Part shown: one piece after another, positions 45,887 to 58,799 of the stretch | How positions within the stretch are numbered: position 1 is the stretch's first letter | How the letters are laid out: every line of letters begins with the position of its first letter | Position numbers and translations under genes: made by a program | Source of the DNA: Camelus ferus | Lineage: Eukaryota | Assembly (NCBI RefSeq): GCF_009834535.1 | Contig: NC_045707.1 | Coordinates: 61,506,001 to 61,570,000, forward strand | DNA length: 64,000 nucleotides | Reading direction: 5' to 3' | The notes under the pieces: generated by a model | The model's input: only the letters and a program-made list of their open reading frames with translations | Database searches by the model: none | Told to the model about the DNA's origin: nothing

Positions 45887-46430
45887 GTTTTTTGTTTGTT
45901 TGTTTGTTTTGTTTTGTTTTGTTTTTTGAGTTTCGTGGTTTTATTAACACAAACACAATGTGCACGAGCTGTCTATTCGTTTTCTTCGCTGCGCAGCTGG
46001 GCGTTGGGATTGGTGACTCTGATGGCCAGCTGGGCTGCTCTTTCCACAATGGCTTTGCGGTTCTTGGAGGAGACGTTGTGAGCAATCTCAGCACAGTAGG
46101 ATTTGTTGCACGTCAGCAGTACTTCCAGCTCCTTGACGTTGTGGACCAGGAACTTGTGCAAGCCACTGGGCAGCATGGGCTTTGTTTTCTTGTTGCTCCC
46201 ATAGCTGATGCTGGGCATCAGGATCTGGCCCTTGAAACTCCTGCGCACCCTGTGGTCAGTGCGCCTGGGTTTCCGCCAGTTCCACTTAATTTTGACGTAT
46301 CGGTCTGACTGGTGCCGGAAGAACTCCTTGGTCCTCTTTTTGATGATCTCGGGCTTCACGAGGGGTCTGAGGGCGGCCATGATGCCGACTAGGAGATCGC
46401 TGCCACCTCCATGGCAGCGCCGAGGAAGAG
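45887..46430 (-). pseudogene. RPL32: RPL32 processed pseudogene/retrocopy, full length; open ORF 46380->45973 (135 aa)
   Basis: [10 protein letters not shown]...LRSEENE*; intronless; 5' TOP-like start CTCTTCCTCGG at 46430; AATAAA (minus strand, 45940-45945); degenerate poly(A) as (AAAC/AAAAC)n; 15-bp TSD at 45872-45886 and 46432-46446 (13/15 identical). Confidence 0.96.
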
Positions 46431-48218
46431 CTTGTTCTTTTCCCTTGAATAGAAATAATTTTTTAGCTACTTTTCCATACACCTAATAGATTGTGTGGGT
46501 AAAGATGTAGAGAGTTAAAGAGAAAACCTTTTTTTTTCCTGATGAAGTATAAAGTAGGAGATTTTGATATCTGAGAATAAAAGAAGCATCTGAGTGAAGA
46601 TGAGGTGCAAGTTCTGAGTGGGTATTGAGGGGAAGGGTAGAAGGAACTGATCAAGGACAAGTAAGTGTGCAGTGGATGCTGAGGTCCTACCCAAAGCTGA
46701 AAACCGTGAATTTATAGTACTGTGAAATCAAAGAATCAGGGGATATTTAAATCCTGCATTCTCAACTATCACACTGTAGAAACAAAGAAGGTTAACTGTC
46801 ACTGCTCTAGGATTTAGGTTTCGCAGGTGGCTGATGACGCTAAACTTCAGAAGCACAACCCTGAAGACCAAGCTCGGCAAGGAAGGAAGGTAACTTAGGA
46901 TGGGACTGATTCACCCAAAGGAAAGGGGAAAAGGAAAGGGTTTGCAGATCTGGTGGGAAGGACTGTATGAGGGAGATGAAAAAAACTCAAATTTGTTTAC
47001 AAAGGATGGAATGTGGAACTTTGAGATTTCTGAATGAACTATTAAAAGGATGTCCTTTGAAGGAGGGCTGTTGTGCAGAGGAGGAAGGGGTACGGTGAAA
47101 GAGGTCTAGGGAATTTGAAGTTAGGATGTTATCTTTGTTCACATGCACACTGATACCGCCTAGAATTATGGCAGAAATATGGCAGGTCTGAAAGTCTACA
47201 TTCACTGACATAAGCTTAACAAGGATGATATAAAATAAATAGCCTTAAATGGACTTATAGGTGGATGGAAGAGTAAAGGTCAGGGGGAAGAATTAGGAAA
47301 TTGGGGGAATGCCACCTCCACTGTCTCCTAATGTGTACACTTCCCCGTGGATATGGGAAAAAGAATGTCTTTCAGTAGAGAGGCTTATGGGAGTACTAAA
47401 AGTCATAATTAATCAAGGTCTGTCTCCCTGTAGCACCAATTTCCATGCTTGGTAAACAATTTCATATGTCTCAGATTAATACCAACTCAGATACATTTTG
47501 ATGTAGGTTGCGAAATTTAAGTACATGATAATGATAAATCAGCAAATGTCAAAGGAAATTTACACTTATGAAATGCTGCTTTGGGCTAGTCGTCTGGTTC
47601 CTTTCAAAGACTCTCTTTCCACTGTCATCTGTGTGGAAAAAAACTTGAAAATTATCTAGGAGGTAAAAGGAGGAAGAGGTTCTGAAAGAAAAGAAGACAG
47701 AAGGCAGTTCATTATCCAAAGATAGGAGTCTTGCAGGGCAATAGGTAAAGTGGGGTTTGGAGTCGTTCAACAGAGAAAAAGGTCAGGAAGAGAAATCTGA
47801 AAACAATAATATACAGACGCCCAGGAAAAGAAAAGAAGAAAAAGTGTGGGATGTTGCAATCCTTCGGTGATTGAAAAAACAAGAATGGAGATCATTCACA
47901 AGTGATGGCCTTCAGATATTTTCCATTCTAACTTTTGCACAAGTCATTTTTGTGTGGGAAGTACTGTACCCTGCTTGTCTTAGGGGTGTGATAAGGACTC
48001 TATGTGAGGAGATTTTCAGCCAGTTTCAACAGTGCGGATAAATCCAGGGCTTGTTCATGGTGTCAGAAGCAGTGATGAGTCATTGTTTAGGTCCCTTCAT
48101 CATAGCCCGTCATGTGTCTTTACAATTAATTGAAATGGTGAAAGACGACTTACTTTAGCTCAGTAACTCTTTTCTGGCAGGTCAGAGACAACAGTGAAGA
48201 CCCCAAAACATGATTTCC

Positions 48219-48313
48219 TTTTTTTTTTTTTAAATGGAGGTACCCGGGACTGAACCCAGGACCTTGGGTACATATTAAGCATGTACTCTACCACTGAGCT
48301 ATATGCTCCCCCA
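48219..48313 (-). mobile_element. Vic-1-like SINE
   Basis: Poly(T) followed by aaatggaggtacccgggactgaacccaggacc...ctctaccactgagctatatg. Confidence 0.85.
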
Positions 48314-50524
48314 CCAATAATTTTACTTTTTAAAGAATTTAGTTTCTCTAACGCCTGTCTCTTCAAACTCTTTATGACATGTAAATATACTCAAACTGCT
48401 GAAGAATGATTTTCCCAGCAAATTTAACTTTTAAGTGCCCAAATATCAGATCTTTTGGTCTTCTGCTCACAGTGTCTTAAATCTTGGTTCTTTTGTTGAA
48501 ACTATTTGCTTTTATCAACAAACACAGCAACACTGGTATTTTTTCCTCCAGAAAGGTTATTTCTTCCTCATGAGAGATCTCTAAACATGTGTCAGGGTAA
48601 AGACATGCTTCAGAACCCTTGAAGCCCTTTTTTCCTGCTGTCAAAACGATTGTTATTTTGAAATCATGCAGCATTGTTCAGCTAGAAAGCTTTGTGAAGA
48701 AATACTTCCTTCTTCAAATGTTATTGAATTATAGCCCCTGTTTTCCCTATCAGCGAAAGCGATCACGTTACCTTCAGATAAACTAATTTCATAATTTATT
48801 AATAATTATATGGCAGTAATTTGACCTGGTATGGCTATGAATGGTGAAATAAAATAAATGTGTTTATGAGAAATTCTGGAATCTAGAGAATTGTATTTCT
48901 GAACTAGGCTGAAAGACCTGCAGTCAGTCCCAGAAGGAACTGAAGACAAGGCAGCCGAAAAAGGCTGGGAGTTTGGAGCAATTGACAAAAGGGAATTTTT
49001 CCTAAAAAGCAGGCAGTGGCCTTAGGAAAGGAGACTTGCTAGAGGTACTGGGTACAGGCAGGAAATAACAGAATTGCCAAATTCAGTTTTTGAGGATATC
49101 CGGATGAGACTTAACCTGGAATTACTGAGTTTAAGTCTAGCAAAAAAGGACAGAGTAACACCTGGGGCGGTTATCAGTGGTTTGCTAGCCTGAAGGGTTA
49201 ATAGCAGAGTAATGCTAACCTGAGGATGAATTGTTCAATTTTTACTTTGACGGGAATACTTCTCTCAGCTAGGTACTAGAAAGCATCAGCTGACATCTGT
49301 TAAACAAAATATGAACTTATTCGATCATTCAAACATCAACTGATTTACTGAATTTTTAAAAAGACTTAAAACTGTCCCAGAAAATTGCACAACTGCTTTG
49401 AGAGGAAGTGGGGATTTGTGGTGGATACTTAAAGATGGTGGTACTTAGATAATTTGAAAAAGAAAATTTGTGACATCAGGACTAGGATGAAGAAAGGCAG
49501 TAGCTAAAAACAAAACAATGGAAATCATGTTACAAATATTAGGAAGATATTGGAATGATAGATTGTTTGGATTTTTATCTGAACAGTCACAGAAAAACAC
49601 TGCACATCCTCAAATAGAAAAGTGGCACTGATTTAAAAGTCTTAATCCCTGATGTCACGTTGGGTTGGAGAGGATTATTTGGACAATAAGATGATGGTGG
49701 TGGCCACTGCAATTTCTAAATATCAAGAAAACTCCCCTGAGGGGCCAGTTTTGTGATTATGGAAAAGTAAAGGAGTAGGTATGAGAGACTATGGTTGCTG
49801 TTGACTGCATTTAAGCCAAGCTGTTTCCATCACTGGATTCACATAGACCCAGTCTGTGTGATGGTGATTAGGTCCACCAGACTCCATCCAGCCTAACTGA
49901 AGAGCCTTCTGGCTGAAAACTTAACCGAAGAGAAGAGGGAGTCAGTGACTCAATTTGTAGATATCAGAACCCAAACCAGTCACTTGTCATCCTTGGGGAA
50001 GAGTGATGCTGAGTACACATCGTTTTTGCCAGTTCGATTTGTCTCCTCTCTAGATCTACATTTTAAAGAAAAAACTAATTTTTTCAAAAAAGTTTCTAAG
50101 ATGGGAACAAACAATTCTGCTGTGTAATCCTTTAGCAGAACATAACACAAAAAGTGGAGAGGAGCATTTTCCTTCAAAGAGTTGATGCTTCCAGGATTTG
50201 AGTGCCACGCTGCAGTATCAGCAGATGGTGGGCAAGGCTGGGAACAGCGATCCTCTGACAGTATATCACTAACCGGAGGACATGCTTGCATTTAATGAAA
50301 AAGGCTAAGGAGGGAAAGAGGGATAATGGTACAGGTGGTATGTTAAAAAAAAAAAAAAAAAAAGAACATGACTTGGTTTAAGTACATGCAAGATACCCGG
50401 CAGGGCCCCCAGAACTGCTTGGAGGGAAAAGGATTTTGCATAGGATTGGTCCTAAATTATGAAATAAGGTGGGGGGGGATCAAGAACAGGGGGAGTGATA
50501 TTTTAATTGGTTTGGATTACATAA

Positions 50525-51025
50525 TGTGATAGATAGAATAATGGCTCCACAAAGATGTCCAAATCCTAATCCCCAGAACCTGTGAATGTTACATGGTGAG
50601 GGGGAAATTAAGGTTGAGGTTGGAATTAAGATTGCTAATCAGCTAATCCAGGAAATTATTCTGGATTATTCAGGTGGGCTCAATCACAAGGGTCCTTGAA
50701 GGATGGAAGGAAGAAGGAAACAGAAAAAAAGAGAACCGGAGAAATGGCAGCATAAAAAAGACTCAAATAATCATTTGCAGGCTTTGCAGATGGAAGGGAA
50801 CCATAAGCCAAGGAATGCAGCAGCCTCTGGAGGATGGAAAAGGCAAAAAAATGAATTCTCCCCTGGAATCTTCAGTAAGGAGTGCAGCCCCGCAGACACT
50901 GTGATTTTAGCCCAGTGGGACCCATTTCAGACTCTTGTTCTTCAAAACTGTTAAGATAATAAATTGATGTTTTAAACCATTAAGTTTGTAGTAATTTGTT
51001 ACAACGGCAAAAAGAAATTAATACA
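50525..51025 (+). mobile_element. MLT1 (C/D-like) solo LTR
   Basis: TG...agaataatggctccacaaagatgtcc...ccaaggaatgcagcagcctctgg...aatttgttacaacggcaaaaagaaattaataCA. Confidence 0.8.
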
Positions 51026-52129
51026 GATGTGAATTTATGGGAATTGATGTGATCGATCGGGGAAAGAAAGAGTAAAATGGATATATTAATCTTTATTTTT
51101 TTCATTTAAATGGTCAGTTGGGAAAACTGCATCCAGAGAAGCCAATCATTAATTGGCAATGGGAAATGTTCTGGGGTACAAGATAATGAGATTCAGCTGA
51201 TTTATGTTCAGTTTGAGGTAGTTGAATACTATGAAAGCATAAATATCCAGGTGAAAAAATAGATTTGGATTTGGAAATTGACACCACAGAGAAACAATGA
51301 GAAGAGAGGATTAATCTAAAGAGAATTTTAGGCAAAAAAAAAAAAAAAAAAAGGTTGAGTTTTAGAGACTTTCAGATTTAGAGGTAGATTTAAATTGTGA
51401 CAAATAAAATCATAGAGCAATCAGAGAAGTGGAAGGGGAATCAGTAAAGGCAGGAGTAAGTTCCAAGAGAGTTTGTGGTATGTAATTGGAGTTTGGCAAA
51501 CACCTGCTGAATGAATAAAAGAGAACTATCTTAGAAACTGGATAAAGGCTGAGACTGAAGTGGTTAAAAACTGGCCGTGCTGGTCAAGTGTGGTGAAACG
51601 GCTCCTAGACAACATTAAAGACCTAGAAATGGACTAGTTCATTACATGTTCCCCAAAAACCCACAGATTGGATTTTATGTCCTGAAAAATGTCATCTAAC
51701 AGTACATGTGAGTGCTTGTTTCACTATGCCCTTGCCCATATGGGATGTTACAATTCAAGGAGGTTCTTAAGTGTATCCAACTAAACTGAGGTATATTCCT
51801 TTGTGTGTTATCAGTCAATGTATGACAAACTCTTATTTTATATTTTTATACCCATCCCAGCACGATCCCCTTCCTTTATGCTTCCCTTCCTTGTGCTCAG
51901 TGTATGTCCTGCCAATCATACCTCCCATAAATTTCTTTACTTTATCTGTGTCAGTATAAAATATACAGTATTGCTTCATGTGATGCATATATACTTACAC
52001 ATGTACATGTAAATTAAGTCTCACATAAATATCAGATTCATGTATAACTACATGTGTTGTATTGTATTTCTTACTTTTTTTATTCAGCTTATATAAAAAT
52101 GAATTACAAAATAAATATATTGGAATTAT

Positions 52130-52767
52130 CCTTGTTTAGTACCCACCTAGGTTATCTAGTCTTCTATTGATGGATGTCTAGAGTGCTTCCAATTTTTTAC
52201 TACTACTGTGGTTCAATGAACATTGGAGGGAAAAAAAACTTCTATTCTTATAGCGTTAGGGTAAGAGTTCTTTACAAGTACATAAAAATCTATCTCATTC
52301 ATTTAAAAAGCCAGTATTATTAAAAATAATTTGTTGATGGACATTTAGGTTTCCAATTTTTGTTGTCACAACAAAGAAATCATTCAACTATGTACATTTT
52401 GGTGCTTGTCTGTGAATATTTCTCTTGAATTGTTTCTTAGAAGTAGAACTGCTGAGTCAATGGAAATGTACAATTTTATTTGGATAAACTGTCAACTTGT
52501 TTTCCAGAAATGGTTTTTCCAATTTATATTCCCACTAGAAGTGTGCACAAGTATTATCCGTTGTGAACTTGCCAAGGCTGGATATTATCTCTGTAATTCT
52601 TGTCAAACCTATGAGAAACAATTCTTTTTAATTTGCATTTTTCTTATAACTAGTCATGTTGAACATCTTTTTATATATATTTATGTAGACATTTGTGACT
52701 ATCCTTTGTGACTTGCCTGCTTATATCCTGCCCATTATTTTTATGGTTTTTTAAATTGACTTTAGGA

Positions 52768-52803
<36 letters not shown>

Positions 52804-53410
52804 CATATTCTGGATATTAATATATATAATATATACACACTATATATAGATCTATCTATCTATCTATCTATATATCTATATATATATATAGATATATATA
52901 TATTCTGTATAGTAATCTTTATTAGTAATAATATAGAGCAATAGTTTTCCCAGAACTTTGCTAAAATTTTAACTTTGTTCATGATTTATTATGTTTTAGG
53001 GAGGTTTTAGTTTGTATAAAACAAAATCTGTCAGTCTTTTCTTTGGCTTTGTGTTTTACTTAGGAAATATCTCTACCAATATTAACTTGTATTTTCTTCT
53101 ACAACTTTTGTAATATTGATTAACCTGGAATTTAATAGGCACACAGGTCTCTTCTGTTTTCCTCCAATATGTAAATCCAACAGTTCAAATACTAGTAATT
53201 GAATAGTCCACATTTTCATTCTTACTTGAAATGCTGGCTTCACCACAAAATAATTAGAATATATGCATAGATCTGTTCAGGGATGCTCTTTGTAACATAG
53301 TTTAGCTTCTTTTATTCATGTCCTTCCTCATTACTTTCACTTTAAAAAAGGTTATGTTGTTCACAGCATCCTTATTCTTTTAATGAACTTTAGAATTTGT
53401 TTTTGGTTAA
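52130..53410 (-). mobile_element. Old L1M fragments
   Basis: tgatggacatttaggtttccaattttt, agaagtagaactgctgagtc, ttaatttgcatttttctt. Confidence 0.65.
52772..52902. repeat. Compound microsatellite (TG)n / (TA)n / (TCTA)n
   Basis: (TG)14 at 52772-52800 followed by TA- and TCTA-rich arrays. Confidence 0.9.
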
Positions 53411-54839
53411 TTTCTTTTGTCATTGATGAAGGTGATGAACATAGATTTATTCCTTTGTTTTTCTATTGCTCATAATACATCTCTCCCTTTTCCAGCTCTT
53501 TTAGGTCTTTCAGTAAACTTTCATAGTTTATTTTTATTCCCCATTCTTTGGTGTTTTATGGTTTTTCATTATCATCCTTGGTTATTTGTATTTTCAAATT
53601 TTCTTATTCTTCTTCAGAAATATTTGACAATTAAGAGAAAATCTTTTAAAACTATGTATTAGGTTAAAATGTGTATAGTGCATTTCTTATCATTTATAAT
53701 CTCCTCAGTGTATTATTTATTTCTGAAATGTGGGAAAGAATGTGGTTCTTGTTTCAAAGATTTGAGGAGTAAACGGGCTGTAGAAGAGGTGAGAATGTAT
53801 TGGGAAGCCGTGTCATTCCATAATTCACTGTAGCCTGTCTTAGAAAGAACTGAAGGCTACCTAATTTTGAATGGCAAGAGCCAGATAAAAGTGTGGGTTG
53901 CAGAGCAGTTGGTAAGAAGTATGACTTGATCCTAATTAAGCATACCGCCAGAACTTTTCTGGATGCCAGAGTTTATGCAGGGGAGGAAACCTGCTGTACA
54001 GATTATTCTCATATTACACTTTTAACTAAATCAGGGAGACAGCTGAGGCTAGTTCCCAGTGAGAGCTGTCAAGCCAGTGAGAATAATTTTATGAAAAGGG
54101 TTGGGACTACTCCATAATTACAGAGGAGAAATTCTTCAGTAAAGAGGAGAAAATCCATGCTCTGATTGCATCCAAATATAATGTCCTTGATCACTAATCT
54201 TCCAAAGTGAAATTATAATAAACCTTAGTTTTCCTCTTCTTGCTTTTATGATTTGCAGAAGGGACTCATTCAATTTCTCACAGTTCATCTCAACCCCAAC
54301 ATTATTCAAACACAAGCTTCCCTCTCCAAGGTTAAGTAAACCAAAAAGTTGACCAATATATTAAAAACTGCACACTTTAAATTGAGACTAATCTGAAGAA
54401 GTAAAACAAATGCCCACTTCTAAAATAAACTTATTTATAAAAAAAAGTAGAGAAACTTAAAAAAAAAACTACATAAATGTATTAAAGTTCAAGAAAACTA
54501 GAGTAGGGAGTCTTTAAGATGAAAAAAATATATTTGGAGATTTAAAATATGACTGCTGGATTTTGAAAATGCAATAAAGGAAAAAAAACTGTGCATTGAA
54601 TCATACAGAATATGGGCAATATATTAGTATTTTTATCCTCCCAAATTAAATAGAAAAGAATGTAATGATAAGCAGAACAGATATTACCCGAAAACACAAA
54701 TGACCAAATTTACATTGCCAATTCTTTTCCATGTGTATGCTGCAGCCAGGTGTCTTAAGATAATGGATCAGTGTTTCTTTGTGTTAGTGATTATAGGTAC
54801 AGAGAAACTTCCCAAACTGAAATGCACAGAGAGAAAGAA

Positions 54840-56040
54840 TAGTAATAATTTTAAAAAGACCAGAACATTTAAGACTGTGAGACAACTTCAAAAGATATAA
54901 CATACATATGTCACTGGAATAGCAGGAGAAAAAGAAAACAGAGCAGAATAAATATTTAAAGTAATCTCTGAGAGCTTTTCAAAATTAATGGCAAACACCA
55001 CAGATCCAGGAAGTTCATAGAATACAAAGCAGGATAAATATTAAGCATCTGCATTTGGGTATATCTTTATTCAAACTTCAGAAAATCAAGAGAAAGAGAA
55101 AATATTGAAAATATCCATGGAGGAGAGGTGGGGGAATGTTACCATAGAGCATAGACATATTTATACACAAAACCCCACAATGATGGAGTAGCTCTTAATG
55201 GCCAAAGCCAGAACAATTTGAACAAAAAGAAAAAATAAATATTAGATGACAACCCAAACTATGAAAGAGCCAATACAAATATAAATAAATGAATAAATAA
55301 ATAAATGGGGAGAAGAGGCAAATTTTCCAAGCAGAAGAATTCCAAGTAACTTATGGAAATACTCTGCCCTCAAGGAGTCAGGACATAATTCCCCACTCAA
55401 GTGTGATCTGTCATAGTGACTTCCAAAGAATATGATATGGAAATGGGAAAAAAAAAAAAGTAATTTTACAGTGGAAAAATCTGACAAAGACTACCTCAGC
55501 CAAGTAGTCAAGGTTAACATCAAGTGATAAGGATGCTGATCAGTGATACCACTGATATGATGGGATAAGAATCAGACTTTACCTCTGGGGTCTTTTTTTC
55601 CCCTAAACCCATAACCTCAACCTAATCACTAGAAAAAAAAAATCATAAAAATTCAGATTGAAGGGCATTTTACAAAATAGCTGACCAGTACTCCTCAAAG
55701 CTGGCAAGGTCATCACTAATAAGGGAAGGCTGAGAAAACGTCACAGTCAAGATGAACCTAACTGAGCATGACCACTAAATACTGGTGATATTCTGGATGG
55801 GATCCTGCAACAGAAAAACAGACATTAGGCTAATAACTAAGGAAATATGAATAAAGTATAGCCTTTAGTTAATAAGATTAATCAATATTAGTTCATTAAT
55901 TGTGACCAATGTAGCATAACAATGTACGACGTTATTACTGGTGGAAATGGTGTGTGGGTGCATGAACACTCTTTACTACTGTCTCAATTTTTCTGTATAT
56001 CTAAAACTATTCTAAACTAAAATGTTTATTTTAAAAAAAT
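54840..56040 (+). mobile_element. L1MC/MD-like fragments (ORF1 remnant and 3' UTR)
   Basis: agcagaataaatatttaaagtaat...cacagatccaggaagttca and ...tatatctaaaactattctaaactaaaatgttt. Confidence 0.65.
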
Positions 56041-58799
56041 CTGTCCTGGGACAGATTTTTCTTTGATTTGTAATTCTATGCTGCACATCATTTATATAGT
56101 ATAGCCTAAAATAGAAAAGCCACCAAGATGGTCTTTTCCTAATGTAGTTTGTAACTAAATATGCTGGAGAGAAGATCAATGGGAGAAAGAATGTCCTTGT
56201 GATATTATTACAGTCAGAGACCCTGCAGGAAACTGCAATATTCCTGGAGAGTTTCCCCAGAGAGCACAGAGAACTTCATGAACCGGGATTGCTGTGCTTG
56301 GGGCCCTGAGTTTACCTTTTTTTTGGCAAGTACCAAGGTGATTGTTATTTACACTAAAGATAATGAATCGGTGCTTTATCACGTGATGTGATGTGATACA
56401 GACTGCTCCAGAGTCTTTCATCTCTAACCCTCAGATACAGTCATTGAATCCAAGGTTGCTATTCAGTCTAAATGAACCATGACCATCTCATATTTCTCCA
56501 TCTCTTCTTAGAGGTTTTTATAAAGGACCTTGCTTACATCCACAAACTGCCCTACGAAGAACTTATGATCTGTAAATTTCCCTGACCTGGATGTCTAGAG
56601 TATCAAGATAAAAAAGATAGACATGCTCCTCTTCCTGATACAGATTTAGTCTGGTGAGAAAGAGAACTGTTAAACAAATAATTATGCAGACAAGTAATCA
56701 ATTATATAAGTGATAAACGTTATGAATGAAGAACTAAGGCTATGATGGAGGGATCTGTCCCATGTTTGTGATTCTGTGTTGAGGGAGGTGTCAGTGAAGG
56801 ATTTCATAACAAAAAATAATGTTGAATCTGAGACATCAAGGATAAATTGAGTTAGCTAGATTAAAGCTGTTGAGTTTAAGGGAGTGTCAATCAAGACACT
56901 CCGTGGTTTATAAGCAGAGGGAACAGCACTGCAGAAGTCCTGTGTGGAAAAACCCATTGGAGGATAGCCTTTTAGAGAAATTAAGAATTGAGAAGTGAGT
57001 TATCCACTCAACAAAAATTTATTTGGTTTCTATTATGTACCAGGTTTTTGGATGAAAAGTAACTCTATGGTGAGAGCTTAGAAAGAAAGGAAGAAAGGAA
57101 AAATATGTTAGTATTAAATCACTTGTCATTAGTAACCTTACTACTATTTCCTAATAATTACAGCTTCATTCCATAAAGCTTATAAATTATACCATTATAA
57201 CCTGTTCTTGAAATATTCTTCAGGAAAGACAGTCTTCTGGATTTTTTACTTTGTTCTGGGGCATTTTTGATATTAGAGAAACATTAGATTCTCTCCAGGC
57301 TTCTAGAAGCTCATGTATCTGCCAGGATTTCTCAAAGATTTAATGCCCATCATACATCCTTCAGCAAATTCCTTTGCAAGTTATTTTATCATCCTCTGGA
57401 TAATTCATCTGGTCTCAGAGAACTGGCCTCATTTTGAGATGCTGTTATGTCTCTTTAAATATCTTGTGTTCTGGCTTTCAAATTCCTCTTTTTGGTATAT
57501 TTATTCTATTCTTTAAATATAGTTATTCACCTTGTGGGAGAATACAAATGCAAAAACTTCAGTTTCATTTTTTTTCTCATAATACCTTAACATTTCCCCA
57601 AGCTGTTCCTTCTTTGGTTGTCTTTTGCTCCAAAATATGAGCAAAAAGTTGTTTTGGCTGTTTTTAATATTTCTGTAATTTTAAATGAATTGTGACCAAG
57701 GCTTCCTGAAAACATTCCTAAGTGACACTATTTTATCAGTGTCATTAATTTGTCTCTTTAACTTGAATGTTTCAGGAAGCTTCCTTTGTGCGAATGTCAT
57801 CCTTATTGTTTTTGTCCCCATATTCTTTCCCTTCAGTAGCTCTTCCGTAATGATGTAAACAGAATTACATTTTGTGGAACATTTTGAAACCTCTTGAGGT
57901 GTTCCCTCTTAGGTTCTGATGGCCTGAATCCATTTTCACTTTGTTCTTAGACTAATAACATTTCCTTCAAAAACTTAAAGAATGTTGTCTGAATGTGCCC
58001 AGGATTTTCCTTTTGTTGTTATTTTCAACTCGAAGGTAGCACTGTTTCCTGTCCCCAAGGTTGTTGTCACTTCCACTTTATCAACCAATTTTTCCTTCTT
58101 TGTCATTATTAAGTTCAGAGCAGCAATTTCCTGAGTTGCTTCCACTACCCTCTAAGAGGCAAAATTGTCAGTAGAAACAATTTAGCTACTAACTATTTTG
58201 TCAGTCCAGGGTACTCCTGACAGTTTAGTGGCCTGAGAGCATTTTTTTTGTAGCCATTTGGGTAGAAACATTATGATACTAACTAAGCTATAATATGGCA
58301 CCATAACTCACATCGTATTCTACTACAAAAATCTGTAGAACAAAGATAAGCTATTCTTACTATGGCCTACAAGGTTCTAGATAATCCAGACTCGTGTTCC
58401 TCTCCAGCTTCAACTCGTTTTCACCTCTGGCTCACACACTTCACTTTAGATGTGATCTGATGACACAGCAAGCTCTTTCCTTCCTGGACGCTGTTTTTCC
58501 TACATTCTGCAGAGCGAGTTTCTTCTTAATCTTTACATGTCAGCCTAACATTTACTTTTCTACAATAACCTGCTTTGATTCTCCTCATACCACTTATTAT
58601 AATCTGAAATTATCCTTATGTATTTGTTTGTTATGTTACGCCAATGAGAAAGTAAATGCTAAGAGGTGGGAAAATCTTGTGTCTTTCTGTCACTGCATAC
58701 TCATGCACAGTAAATCCTCAATAAACAGTTGTTAAATAGGTAAATAAAAGGGAGGGTAAAAGGAATGCATTTGAAGTACAACAGAGCATTCTCACTGAG

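Noticed and set aside
46381..46482. N-terminal extension of the 169-aa track ORF (MYGKVAKK...)
   Set aside because: It begins at a GTG in flanking DNA and reads through the TSD and 5' UTR; the RPL32 ATG is at 46380.
45841..46486. Plus-strand ORFs of 155, 72 and 92 aa
   Set aside because: Antisense shadows of the RPL32 retrocopy and its poly(A)-derived microsatellite.
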